Source: an uncultured Pseudomonadota bacterium (GTDB lineage Bacteria; Oederibacteriota; Muellerivitia; Muellerivitales; Muellerivitaceae). Taken from it: a stretch of DNA of 64,000 bases. Shown in pieces: positions 28,869-38,464 of the stretch; within the stretch, counting starts at the first letter, position 1; every line of letters starts with the position of its first letter. The stretch lies in NCBI GenBank assembly GCA_963836235.1, contig CAWIIP010000002.1, positions 1,216,001 to 1,280,000 of the forward strand, in the 5' to 3' direction. The translations under genes and the position numbers were made by a program. The notes beneath the pieces are model-generated. The model saw only the letters and a program-made list of their open reading frames with translations. It had not been told where the DNA came from and did not search any database.

Positions 28869-28911
28869 TGAACCACGACTCATTGGCCTTTAACCAATGG
28901 GTCGTGGTTCA
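28869..28911. terminator. 18-bp hairpin, probable terminator of the minus-strand gene
   Basis: TGAACCACGACTCATTGG / CCAATGGGTCGTGGTTCA; flanked by A tracts. Confidence 0.6.
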
Positions 28912-28926
28912 AAAAGCTTTTCTTTT

Positions 28927-30939
28927 TTAGGGGCAGATGTCCCCATAAAAAGACAGAAAGCCGGTGTTGGAACTGGATGGGCCGGTATAAGCGGACGGAA
29001 GACTTGCCCCGGGTTGACTCAAGTAGCTGGAAAACAAAATCCCGCCGTTGAAAATACAGTTGGTGGAAACTTCTATCGCCAGCCAATAGTTATTTCCCCC
29101 CGTCACATTCACCGGAGTGTTAAGGGGAATGCTGTTCCATCCGGCAATACTGGTAAAGGGATCTGAGGAGGATAAAAGGGTTCCTGGAACTCCCGAATTG
29201 TCCGAATAAAGCCCCACGGTGGCGGTCGTTCCCGAAGCTAAAAAACTGGGGTGGAGGGTCGAAACCGTCCCGGAAAGTCCCGCCCCGTCCTCCACGTAAT
29301 ACAAATTACCGGCAAGAAGCGTAACGGGGGAAAAGGAATAATAGGCCGGTCCTATAACGGTGGCGCCCAAACAAGCCGGGGCAGGCGGCGTTTGTATCGG
29401 GGTGCTGGTAAAGGTAGGGGTAGCCGTGGCGGAGCCCGACCCGCAGGAATTCACGCACATTTCATAGCACCAGCCGGTTTTGGGAGAGGTCAGCGCGCCG
29501 GGATTCGGGTAAGTGGAAGGCATGGCGCCCGTTTGGTTTCCATTATCTCCGTTGCAATTGGCCCCGCTGGAGGAGGCGCCCACAAAAAGGGTCGCGCTTT
29601 GGCTGTGGGCCACGAGAATCACCGAGTCCCCGCAGGGGATGGAAACCGGGGGAATGGAGGCCGAAAGCCATCCTTGGCTGGAAGCCGGGACGGCTATTGT
29701 CGTGTCCGCGACCAGAAGGGTGTTGTCATAAACTGCGATTTCCATGTTCGCGCTGCTGGAACTGAAATTTCCGGCAAAGACTTGTACTTCATTGAGGCTG
29801 GCGCCACAGGCGCTGCCCACCGGATAGATATTGGCCTGGTAATTGTTATTGACCAGCGTAATGGTGACGACGGGGCTGGGATCATGGAGGCCCAGGGTCA
29901 CGCAACCCGAGGAGGGCGTGGAAGTGGACGTAACGGTCACGGGGACCGTGGCTGTGGTACTGGGCTTGGCAGTGACCGTAGTGGTCACGGTAGGATCAAC
30001 AATGGGAGTCGGGTCAAAAGTAGGCGAGGTGGTGAAGGTGACCGGAACAGTAGTTGTAACCGTGGGGGTAAAGGTCGCGGAAATGATCGGAGTAGGATCG
30101 AAAGTAGGCGAGGAAGGAATTGTGCTGACGGTGGGGGTCGCCGAAACCGTGGGAGTCGATGTTGCGCAAGTAACGAAACAGACAACCCCATTGGATAAAA
30201 GGGGACTGGCCCCCGATGCGGTCATCTCGGCGATGTTGGTGATCGCGCTGGAGGGAACACAGCTCACAATACCGACCCAAGCGACGCTGCCCGAAAGGCC
30301 GCTGATGGGATTGGAAAAGGTCCAGGTGAGCAGGCTGCCGTTCTGGTTGAAAACCACTCCTGGGTCCCCCGCAACCGCTGTCGATGAATAGGCATAGGTA
30401 ACTTCCGCCGGAACCGTGTCACTCAGCACCAAGTTGGAGGCTGAACCACTGGTTTGGGCATAGGAAAGGGTGTAGGTGATCGCCTGTCCGGAAACCAGCG
30501 AAGAAGCCGACTCACTCTTGACCAGAGTGAGTTTGGCGGTAGGCAGAGGGGTAGGGGTAAAGGTGGCCGGAATAGTGGACGAGGGAGTTGGGGTGGAAGA
30601 GGGTGGTACGGTGGAGGTAAATGTCACCGGGTAGGTGGCCGTGATGCTGGGCGTAAAGGTGACGGGAATGGTGGAGGAATAGGTTGGGGTGGAAGGAATC
30701 GTCGTAGCGGTAAAGGTCACGGGAATAGTGGGGGTAAGGGTGATCGGAATGGGACCCCCGCCGATAGTCGAGGTCGAAGAAGGGTATACCGTAGCCGTAA
30801 AAGTGACCGGAACAACACTAGTGGAAGTGGGTGTGTAAAAGAGACTGATGGGAGCAAGGGGAGGGGCAGGCGATCTAACACATGCTCCAAGACTCATCAA
30901 AAGTACTGTCAAAACCGCCCAAATGGCTTTTTTATTCAT
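28927..30939 (-). CDS. Lipoprotein with Thr/Pro linkers, DUF11-like domain and two Cys-containing beta-sandwich-like domains
   Basis: LGAC lipobox; LTLVKS...ITYTLSY...LSDTVP; GLYSDNSGVPG. Confidence 0.8.
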   Translation of the reverse strand: MNKKAIWAVLTVLLMSLGACVRSPAPPLAPISLFYTPTSTSVVPVTFTATVYPSSTSTIGGGPIPITLTPTIPVTFTATTIPSTPTYSSTIPVTFTPSITATYPVTFTSTVPPSSTPTPSSTIPATFTPTPLPTAKLTLVKSESASSLVSGQAITYTLSYAQTSGSASNLVLSDTVPAEVTYAYSSTAVAGDPGVVFNQNGSLLTWTFSNPISGLSGSVAWVGIVSCVPSSAITNIAEMTASGASPLLSNGVVCFVTCATSTPTVSATPTVSTIPSSPTFDPTPIISATFTPTVTTTVPVTFTTSPTFDPTPIVDPTVTTTVTAKPSTTATVPVTVTSTSTPSSGCVTLGLHDPSPVVTITLVNNNYQANIYPVGSACGASLNEVQVFAGNFSSSSANMEIAVYDNTLLVADTTIAVPASSQGWLSASIPPVSIPCGDSVILVAHSQSATLFVGASSSGANCNGDNGNQTGAMPSTYPNPGALTSPKTGWCYEMCVNSCGSGSATATPTFTSTPIQTPPAPACLGATVIGPAYYSFSPVTLLAGNLYYVEDGAGLSGTVSTLHPSFLASGTTATVGLYSDNSGVPGTLLSSSDPFTSIAGWNSIPLNTPVNVTGGNNYWLAIEVSTNCIFNGGILFSSYLSQPGASLPSAYTGPSSSNTGFLSFYGDICP

Positions 30940-31049
30940 GGTCTTTACCCCCAAGGATTTCGTCTCTTTCTAGACGGGGTACAAGCCATTCCTTCCAAAA
31001 AAAATAACGAAAGGTCAAAATCCAACAAAGCCTTTAAAAAGGGGCTTAA

Positions 31050-32162
31050 TCAGGCTCCTTCCGAAAATAAAAGTCTCAACTTGTCAGGGGACACGGGCGG
31101 GACTAAGGCCACTTTCAGGTTCTCTTCCACGTGGTTCTTCCTTTTCATTCCGACCAAAGCCGCCGTCACGCCCGGCGAGGAACGCACGAATTGAATGGCC
31201 CTTTGGGCGTCGGTTTCCAGGCCGGTGAAAGTTTTGGCGACCACCGGCGGCAGGTTGCGGGACAAGCGGGCCTGGAGGATCGAGGCGCTGGTGAAAACGG
31301 CGATGTCGTTGGCGTGGGCGGCCTGGAGAAACGAAACCGTTTGGGACCCCAAAACCTGGTTATCCACCCCAATTGCCTCCGCCATTCCCAGGTTATAAGG
31401 AAGCTGGACGGCCTTAAAATGGTGGGACCCCTTCCCCGCTTTTTCCGCCGTCTTGAGGACTTCTTGAAGTGAAAGATATTCCGAACTGTTGGAGGAAACG
31501 CGGTAGCCGTTCCAAGTGGCGGTGCCGTAAGCCTTGATTTTCCCCGCCTGTGCCAATTTTTCCAGTTCCTCGAAAGCCTGGCCAAGACGGATAAAGAAAT
31601 TTTCTTTGGATACTTCGTCCAACTGCGTTTCGGGATTATGGAGGTAATAAAGGTCGATGCACTCCACCCCGAGATTTTGGAGGGATTTCTCCACTTGGCT
31701 GCGGATATAGGCCGGGGTCATGCAGTGACATCCCGCTACCAGGTCTTCGGGCCGGCAGATTCCGGTTTTGACGTAATTGTCCTGAAAATATTGCGGCAGA
31801 CTGGTAGTGGGCTCTCCGTCAAAAGGAATGAACCCGCCCTTGGTGCAGAGAACAACCTCTTCCCTTTTGATCTTTCCTTCTTTTATTAAATCTCCCAAGG
31901 CCTGTCCAATGTTGCGCTCGCTTCGCATACAGCGGTAATTAATGGCCGAATCGATCAGATTAACACCGGAAAGAAGGGCGGTCTTGATTGCTTCTATATA
32001 CAAGTGATCGTCAGTTTCATTCTGGTTGCCCAGATAGGTACCCAATCCCAGGGAGGAGACCACCAGCCCCATGAAGTCCCGGTAATGCCCGGCTTTGACG
32101 AAATCGGGAAAGCGGGTGGCGTATTGTTTGGTTCCCTCGGCTGTGGCAAAAGATGGAGGCAT
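31050..32162 (-). CDS. Aldo/keto reductase
   Basis: LGLGT, DSAINY, TKGG, DLYYLHNP, QLPYN. Confidence 0.92.
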   Translation of the reverse strand: MPPSFATAEGTKQYATRFPDFVKAGHYRDFMGLVVSSLGLGTYLGNQNETDDHLYIEAIKTALLSGVNLIDSAINYRCMRSERNIGQALGDLIKEGKIKREEVVLCTKGGFIPFDGEPTTSLPQYFQDNYVKTGICRPEDLVAGCHCMTPAYIRSQVEKSLQNLGVECIDLYYLHNPETQLDEVSKENFFIRLGQAFEELEKLAQAGKIKAYGTATWNGYRVSSNSSEYLSLQEVLKTAEKAGKGSHHFKAVQLPYNLGMAEAIGVDNQVLGSQTVSFLQAAHANDIAVFTSASILQARLSRNLPPVVAKTFTGLETDAQRAIQFVRSSPGVTAALVGMKRKNHVEENLKVALVPPVSPDKLRLLFSEGA

Positions 32163-32173
32163 TGTTTTTCCTT

Positions 32174-32692
32174 TTAAATTGAGTTGAGATCATCCCACTT
32201 GTAAGAAACCAAATTCAGCTGAGTTCCAGCGACCACCAAAGATTTCCGGTTGGCCTCCAGCTTGCCCTGAAGCGACTCGTAAAACTTCCGGTAGGGACTG
32301 GGTTCTAGGACCCAAACAACCATGGAATTCATACCGGCCTTGAGCAGGCTTTCGACCGAAGCGTCGAATAGTTTACGGCCGGCGCCTTGCTGTTGGAATT
32401 CCTTGAGGAGATAAATGGCGTAAAGTTCGCCGAGGCCGCTCTCGGGATGGCTGCGTTCCTTGCCACCGTCCGCGAAGCCAACCAGGCGGCCGCCGGGCGC
32501 CACGGCCACGTGGAAGAAATAGGAATAAGTGTTGGGCTGAAGGCTGTCGCGAAAAATTTGGGCCGCTGATCCAGCCGTCATGCCCTTGACGAAAGCTTCG
32601 GGAGTGATGCCCTGATAGGTGGTACGCCAGGCTTCGGCGTAAGCCCGGGAGACCTCTTCAATGTCGGCTTCGGTTCCCGGTCTAATCCGCAT
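32174..32692 (-). CDS. GNAT acetyltransferase
   Basis: ELYAIYL, QQQGAGRKL, FYESL. Confidence 0.9.
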   Translation of the reverse strand: MRIRPGTEADIEEVSRAYAEAWRTTYQGITPEAFVKGMTAGSAAQIFRDSLQPNTYSYFFHVAVAPGGRLVGFADGGKERSHPESGLGELYAIYLLKEFQQQGAGRKLFDASVESLLKAGMNSMVVWVLEPSPYRKFYESLQGKLEANRKSLVVAGTQLNLVSYKWDDLNSI

Positions 32693-32714
32693 AAAACCTC
32701 AAGACATAGGTTAA

Positions 32715-34613
32715 TTACTTTTTCTTCTTAGTTTTGAACCCTTCCCCGTCATCCACGATGATTCCCTTTTCCATCCACTCATAGCCGCCTTCCATGGCCT
32801 TTGCGGCTGCCTTGGAATCCTTCACGTCGGTATTGCAACAGATGCCCCGGAAATATTGGGAAATGCGCAGACGGGCTTGGCGGCAGAAGAGATCGGCCAA
32901 TTCCCGGGGGCCGCTTTCGCTTGGATTTTGTTTTTCCAGTTCCACGGCCTTGGCACAGGAGGAAGCCATCGCGAAAAGTTCGGTTCCGATTTCCACGAGG
33001 CGGCCCAGGATCATCTGGCGCCTTTCAAGTTTAGGTCCAAACTTGATCATCTGGTGGAACAGGGTGCGGGCCAGCTTGCGGGACCGGCATTCCACGAACC
33101 GCATATGTTTGGCCAAGGAGCCGTATCCGGCGAAACGGGGCCAGAGGCCCGTGGGTAGCCACATGCGCAGGTACCAAAGGGGATAAAAAAGGACGCTTTT
33201 CATAAGGGCGTTCAACTTCCGGCCAACCGGCGCCTTGGGATTCAAAAGATCTCCCGCCAGGCTCATGTGCTTGTCCAAAGCCTCTCGGGCGATGAAGAGG
33301 TGCTGGATTTCGCTGGTACCCTCGATAATACGGTTGATGCGGGAATCGCGCATCATGCGCTCCACCGCGTAACCTTTCTCCCCACGGGTCCTCAAGGATT
33401 GGGCTGTCTCGTATCCCCTCCCGCCGCGGAGTTGCATCAGGTCGTCCACGATTTTCCAGGAAGCCTCGCTGCAGAAAAGCTTGGCCATGGCGGCTTCCAG
33501 ACGGATATCCGCCCCGCCCCGATCGACCAGCGCGGAAGTGTAATAGGTCATGGCTTCCTGAGCGAAGGTGGAGGCCGCCATATAAGCGATCTTCACGGCG
33601 CCAGGCTCGTGCTTTCCAATCGGCTGGCCCCACTGCACCCTTTCCTTGCCCCAATTGCGGGCGATCTGCAGGGCCTGCTTGCTCATACCCGCCGAGGCGG
33701 CGGGAAGGGTGAGACGTCCCGTGTTAAGGGTAATAAGAGCCAACTTCAAACCCAGCCCCTCACCCCAAAGAATATTCTCGGATGGAACTTTCACGTTGTT
33801 GAATTTGATCACGCCATTCTGGATGGCCCGGATGCCCATAAAATCGCAACGGCTTACGTATTCGATTCCCGGGGTTCCTTTTTCGACAATAAAGGCGGTG
33901 ATCTGCTTTTTTTCCTTACCGTTCACCATCTTGGAAGGGGTTCGGGCCATCACCGCCATCACGTCCGCCACCAAACCGTTGGTACACCAGAGTTTATTAC
34001 CGTTGATCGTCCAGGTCTTGCCGTCGGATGAGGGTTCGGCGACCGTTGTCATTTGAGCCGGGTCCGACCCAACGCCCGGTTCGGTCAGGGCAAAGGCCGA
34101 AATGGCCCCCTTAGCGAACATGGGGAAATATTTTTTCTTTTGGGCCTCGTTCCCAAAAAGCTTCAGGGGCTGGGGCACGCCGATGGATTGGTGGGCGGAA
34201 AGCCATACCGCCGTGGAGCCGCAATAGGAAGCTACTAAGGCCACCGCGAGGTTGTAGTTGATCTGCGAAAGGCTCAAACCGCCGTAATCCTTAGGAATCT
34301 TCATGCCCCAACAGCCCAGTTTAGCTAGGCCGTCGATCACCTTTTTGGGGAGATCCCCGGTTCGATCCACCTCGTCTGGGTCCAGGTTCTCTTTAAGAAA
34401 AGCTTCCAGGCGGCCCATAAACTCGTCGCCGATGGCCTTGTCTTCGGGGGATTGCAGGGGATAGGGGGAAATCAGGTCGGTACGAAACCGTCCCATAAAA
34501 AGTTCGGCCACGAAACTGGGCTGGGTCCATTCGGTTTCCCGGGCCCCCTCAGCCACGTCCAGGGAATCTTTCTCTTTTTCGGTCAGGTGTTTCGCGGTAT
34601 CGGAGACGCTCAT
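32715..34613 (-). CDS. Acyl-CoA dehydrogenase (VLCAD/ACAD9-like)
   Basis: FALTEPGVGSD, NGNKLWCTNG, RINRIIEGTSEI. Confidence 0.95.
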   Translation of the reverse strand: MSVSDTAKHLTEKEKDSLDVAEGARETEWTQPSFVAELFMGRFRTDLISPYPLQSPEDKAIGDEFMGRLEAFLKENLDPDEVDRTGDLPKKVIDGLAKLGCWGMKIPKDYGGLSLSQINYNLAVALVASYCGSTAVWLSAHQSIGVPQPLKLFGNEAQKKKYFPMFAKGAISAFALTEPGVGSDPAQMTTVAEPSSDGKTWTINGNKLWCTNGLVADVMAVMARTPSKMVNGKEKKQITAFIVEKGTPGIEYVSRCDFMGIRAIQNGVIKFNNVKVPSENILWGEGLGLKLALITLNTGRLTLPAASAGMSKQALQIARNWGKERVQWGQPIGKHEPGAVKIAYMAASTFAQEAMTYYTSALVDRGGADIRLEAAMAKLFCSEASWKIVDDLMQLRGGRGYETAQSLRTRGEKGYAVERMMRDSRINRIIEGTSEIQHLFIAREALDKHMSLAGDLLNPKAPVGRKLNALMKSVLFYPLWYLRMWLPTGLWPRFAGYGSLAKHMRFVECRSRKLARTLFHQMIKFGPKLERRQMILGRLVEIGTELFAMASSCAKAVELEKQNPSESGPRELADLFCRQARLRISQYFRGICCNTDVKDSKAAAKAMEGGYEWMEKGIIVDDGEGFKTKKKK

Positions 34614-34691
34614 GGGATGCCCCTTAAAAATGGATTGGCCAGCAAACCTGCTTTGACAACCTCAGTTTAAATCCCGATTGGACGTTCAAAT

Positions 34692-34707
34692 ATGACACAA
34701 GTCTCAT
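34692..34707. promoter_or_regulatory. Possible TetR-type operator
   Basis: ATGACACAAGTCTCAT, 6 of 8 positions symmetric, in a divergent promoter region. Confidence 0.3.
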
Positions 34708-34785
34708 TCGCTCGTACCATTTTAGACCCTTCTGTATAAAGAATAAAAGGTTCCCAATTCAAATTTTGAGGGTTAAGATAGTGTC

Positions 34786-35010
34786 ATGAACGCATTTGCC
34801 AAACCTGAGGAAGCCTCCCCTTACGAGTTCCCTGAATTTCCGAAGCCGGATGAACAGGTGAGCGAATATGCCAATATCGAAGGCTCGGTTGAATACCAGT
34901 TGAAGGACTTTACGACCTCTGAACCCTATATCGCGTCGGAAGAAACCCCCATCGTTCAACCGGCCTTGTTCCAGGACTTCAAAGAAGTTATTGCCACCGC
35001 CCAATCCTAA
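34786..35010 (+). CDS. Small acidic hypothetical protein
   Basis: 74 aa, Glu/Pro-rich; directly upstream of the 35029 gene. Confidence 0.55.
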   Translation: MNAFAKPEEASPYEFPEFPKPDEQVSEYANIEGSVEYQLKDFTTSEPYIASEETPIVQPALFQDFKEVIATAQS

Positions 35011-35028
35011 GCGGATTTTAGACCCCTC

Positions 35029-36960
35029 TTGGTTATCGAAAACTCCTCCCCTTCTTTTCCGTTAAAAATTAAAAACTCAAAATTTGAAATCCTATTCAAC
35101 CCATGGCTTTATCCTTTGATGGCCTGTTTCTTTCTGGTTTTCCTTTTCGCCTTCCGGCAGAACATCGATTTCGACATGGGCTTTCACCTAAGAACGGGCC
35201 AATGGATCCTGCAAAACCACGCCTTTCCCCAAAAAGACCTTTTCACCTATACCGTAAACCAAAATGATTACATTGATCTTCATTGGCTTTATCAGGTCAT
35301 CTGCTACTCGCTCTATCGGACCAGTGGTTATGCGGGTCTGTCCCTATTTCATCTCTTATTAATCCTCCTGGCCTTCGGGCTCACCGTACTCCGAATGCGG
35401 CTCACTGGACCGCCACCATGGGTTTACACCCTTTTATTGCTTCCAACGATTATTGCCGTGGAAATACGGTTTCTGGACCGCCCCGAAACCCTTTCCTGGG
35501 TTCTCTTGATACTGACACTGCTTGTTCTCGACCTTCGGTTGAATCACAACCGAAACTTCCTTTACTTGCTCCCCTGGCTCCAACTTTTTTGGGTCAATAT
35601 CGAGGGCCTTTTTATTCTGGGTTGGATTGCCATGGGGGCTTATCTATTGACCAACTGGTTTCATTACAAACGGTTCGACCGTCCTCTGTTGAAATTTACC
35701 CTGGCTTCGTGTGCCGCAACCCTTTTAAACCCCTATTTCCTGAGGGGCGTGGCTTTTCCATTGATCCTCTTCACCCGTTTGCAAGGGTCCAGTATTTTCA
35801 AGCACTACATTTCGGAATTCCAATCGCCTTGGTCCATCACACAAAATGCTTTCGACCCTTTCATGCCCGCTTGGCCCATTTACACTTACCGGATTTTTAG
35901 TTTGTTTCTTCTTCTTGTGATCGGTCTCTCCTATCGGAAAAGGAAATTCCACGAATTGTTCTTGGTGGTTGCCTTCTTCGGCCTGTCGGTCGCGGCTATC
36001 CGTAATTCTCCCCTTTTTTTCTGGATCGCCTTGCCGATAGCCAGCGCCGCCGCGAAGGATTTCTTGTCCTTGCCTTCGGCTCGTGCCAAAAGTGACCAAC
36101 TATCACTTCTCCGAGTCCCGGCCATCCTAGCGGCTATTTTGATTCTTTTGGTGGGAGCAAGGGTCCTCACCCGAGCCTATTACATTTCCGACCGTCGGAT
36201 CATCCACACGGGCTTGGGAATGGATCCTTCGCGTTTCCCCATCCAGGCGGTGGATTTTATGACCCAAAACCACCTCACCGCTCACCTTTTAAACGACCTT
36301 TCTTTCGGAGGATGGCTCATTTGGAAAGGCCTTTCCCCTGTTTTTATCGATGGCCGGCTGGAAGTGATGCGGGAAGATCTATTCACCGAATATCGGGATA
36401 GCTTTTACCCTGGCGGAATTTTGGCTATGGCCCCCCGCTGGAATACCCAATTGATCCTCTTCGATCACATGATGTCCACTCCCTGGTTTAACCAGCTCAA
36501 ATCCATGCCCGATTGGCGGTTGCTTTACTTTGATGATGTGGACGCCCTTTACGCCCGCAAAGATTATGTCCCGGACTTAAACCCCATCACTTGGGAGGAC
36601 CGTTTGAAACAGTGGGGACTGGAAACGCCGCCATCCGACTCGGTTCTGGAAGATTTCGCTCAACAGAAACGCAATCCCCTTGCCGATTGGTTCGCGGGTT
36701 TTTTTATTCCCCAAGATTACCCCATGCCCCTTTTCCGGTTGGGAGCTTTCGCCTATGAGAATGGACGTCTCGATGTGGCCCGGGATTTCTTTTTGGAGAT
36801 GCTTCGGCGCACCTCCGGAAAATATTTCGAAGTTTACTTCAACCTAGGGGTGACCTATGACCACTTGGGTCAAAAGGATTTGGCCCGGACTTGCTATGAA
36901 AAAACCCTTGAGTTAAAACCCGGGTATGCCCCGGCCCAACAAAAACTGGCTAATCTATAA
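35029..36960 (+). CDS. Polytopic membrane protein (GT-C-like) with C-terminal TPR
   Basis: DFDMGFHLRTG loop, RPE, LNPY, FIDGR; terminal TPR YFNLGVTY; start uncertain. Confidence 0.7.
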   Translation: MVIENSSPSFPLKIKNSKFEILFNPWLYPLMACFFLVFLFAFRQNIDFDMGFHLRTGQWILQNHAFPQKDLFTYTVNQNDYIDLHWLYQVICYSLYRTSGYAGLSLFHLLLILLAFGLTVLRMRLTGPPPWVYTLLLLPTIIAVEIRFLDRPETLSWVLLILTLLVLDLRLNHNRNFLYLLPWLQLFWVNIEGLFILGWIAMGAYLLTNWFHYKRFDRPLLKFTLASCAATLLNPYFLRGVAFPLILFTRLQGSSIFKHYISEFQSPWSITQNAFDPFMPAWPIYTYRIFSLFLLLVIGLSYRKRKFHELFLVVAFFGLSVAAIRNSPLFFWIALPIASAAAKDFLSLPSARAKSDQLSLLRVPAILAAILILLVGARVLTRAYYISDRRIIHTGLGMDPSRFPIQAVDFMTQNHLTAHLLNDLSFGGWLIWKGLSPVFIDGRLEVMREDLFTEYRDSFYPGGILAMAPRWNTQLILFDHMMSTPWFNQLKSMPDWRLLYFDDVDALYARKDYVPDLNPITWEDRLKQWGLETPPSDSVLEDFAQQKRNPLADWFAGFFIPQDYPMPLFRLGAFAYENGRLDVARDFFLEMLRRTSGKYFEVYFNLGVTYDHLGQKDLARTCYEKTLELKPGYAPAQQKLANL

Positions 36961-37105
36961 AGAATACCGGCAGCTCAGGGAACTAAGTTTCACCAACAAA
37001 GAACGGGTTTTTTCGCCTAAAGCGGGAAGGCTTGACTTCTCTGCTCTGGGTGAACAAAGATTAGCGGGAAAGTAAGTTTAATCCCGCGTCGTAAAAAGTG
37101 AAAAG

Positions 37106-37507
37106 ATGGGCCTCGACTATAAAATTGAACCGCAAATAGGCTACCTTTTAATGACCTGCGAAGGTTATTTTGAACCTTCTTTAATTGGTCAATTTTCAGA
37201 CCAGGTTATCGAAGCTTGTAAAAAATACCAGCCTTCCAATTTTTTGGTCGACTTCCGGAAAGTGGAAGGTGAAATGTCCACAATGGACCGCTATAACCTG
37301 TCGGTGACCGCCTCAAAGAAATATATCGACGAAAAGTTAACCGGAAAAATTCCCAGTTGTCGATTCGCTTTTGTCGGGAACCATCCCTTGGTTGACCCCA
37401 AGAGGTTCGGGGAAACGGTGGCCGTCAATCGCGGCCTCAACGTCAAGGCTTTCACGGATATAAAGGAAGCTCTCGCCTGGTTGGAGGTAAAGCCAGCGGG
37501 AGAATAA
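37106..37507 (+). CDS. SpoIIAA/STAS-like hypothetical protein
   Basis: LVDFR, RFAFV, FGETVAVNRG, FTDIKEALAWL. Confidence 0.7.
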   Translation: MGLDYKIEPQIGYLLMTCEGYFEPSLIGQFSDQVIEACKKYQPSNFLVDFRKVEGEMSTMDRYNLSVTASKKYIDEKLTGKIPSCRFAFVGNHPLVDPKRFGETVAVNRGLNVKAFTDIKEALAWLEVKPAGE

Positions 37508-37561
37508 ACCTTGGATCATGAAGCTCTGGGGTGGAGTAATCCCAGAACCATCGGGCTTGCT

Positions 37562-37933
37562 TCAAGCCTCCACGGGTTGGGCAGCTTTACGGGATATAGG
37601 CGTGCGGCGTACTGGAGCCTTCCTGGCGGGTTTTTCCCGTTTTTCCATTTTGTTCATCAAGGTCGCTAACTCTTTGAAGGGCAGGATGGGGTGGCTTTCC
37701 ACCTGGTATCGAGAAGGATCAAAAATGGAATCCAACAGGGCTTCCTGCTCGGTAAAAGAACCCGATTCCATCAAAAGGAATCCGCCCCTGTCGTCGGCTA
37801 GCAATCCTCCCTCTACCAGTTTCCCCGACTTTTCAAGCTTTTGAATCAAGCAAAAAAGTTCCTGGTTGGCTTCTCCGCCGTCATTCTCATAGATGGAACA
37901 ATCCAATTCCGGAATTCGAACAATGAACCGCAT
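37562..37933 (-). CDS. YCII/muconolactone-isomerase-like protein
   Basis: GKLVEGGLLADDRGGFLLM...ESHPI; GGGGGA RBS. Confidence 0.6.
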   Translation of the reverse strand: MRFIVRIPELDCSIYENDGGEANQELFCLIQKLEKSGKLVEGGLLADDRGGFLLMESGSFTEQEALLDSIFDPSRYQVESHPILPFKELATLMNKMEKREKPARKAPVRRTPISRKAAQPVEA

Positions 37934-38464
37934 GAGCGTCCCCCTTCAATAAAACATGGAAATAGTGTGGCTGAATAATGGGCTTTGACAGAAGGCCTTG
38001 GAAGAACGAAATGACTTTTATGGAAGACGGGACATTTCAGTGACCCGTTGCTTGAAACTGAAATCCCCCTTGCTAACGGGGAATGACTTAAGAAGAGCAT
38101 GAACCATGCCCAATAAAAGGGCTTTCATTTTTGACCTAAATTGGTTTTGGTTTAATGTTAAGCAGGAAACCATTTGGGCAATTTTTAGTTGTCCGTTAAA
38201 TCAAATCACCTGTCCGATTTTTCAACAGGGCTTTCGGATTTGAGGGAAAAATAAAGGCTTTCTCATTGTTCAAAAAAGCGTCACTGTCCGCTTTTTTGCG
38301 CTTTAGCATCGTATGGATTTGAGGTTTTTGTTGTCTTTGTGTCTGTTTACAGAAAACTTTGGCTATGTTCAGAATGAACCATCGCGAACAATTCCAGATT
38401 TGGAAACTCTTGAAACGAACGTCCAAGTATTTTTGAAATGTCTAAGGATGGAACTAACCAATGC

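Noticed and set aside
34786-35010. RiPP precursor peptide
   Set aside because: No recognisable leader/core motif and no adjacent maturase
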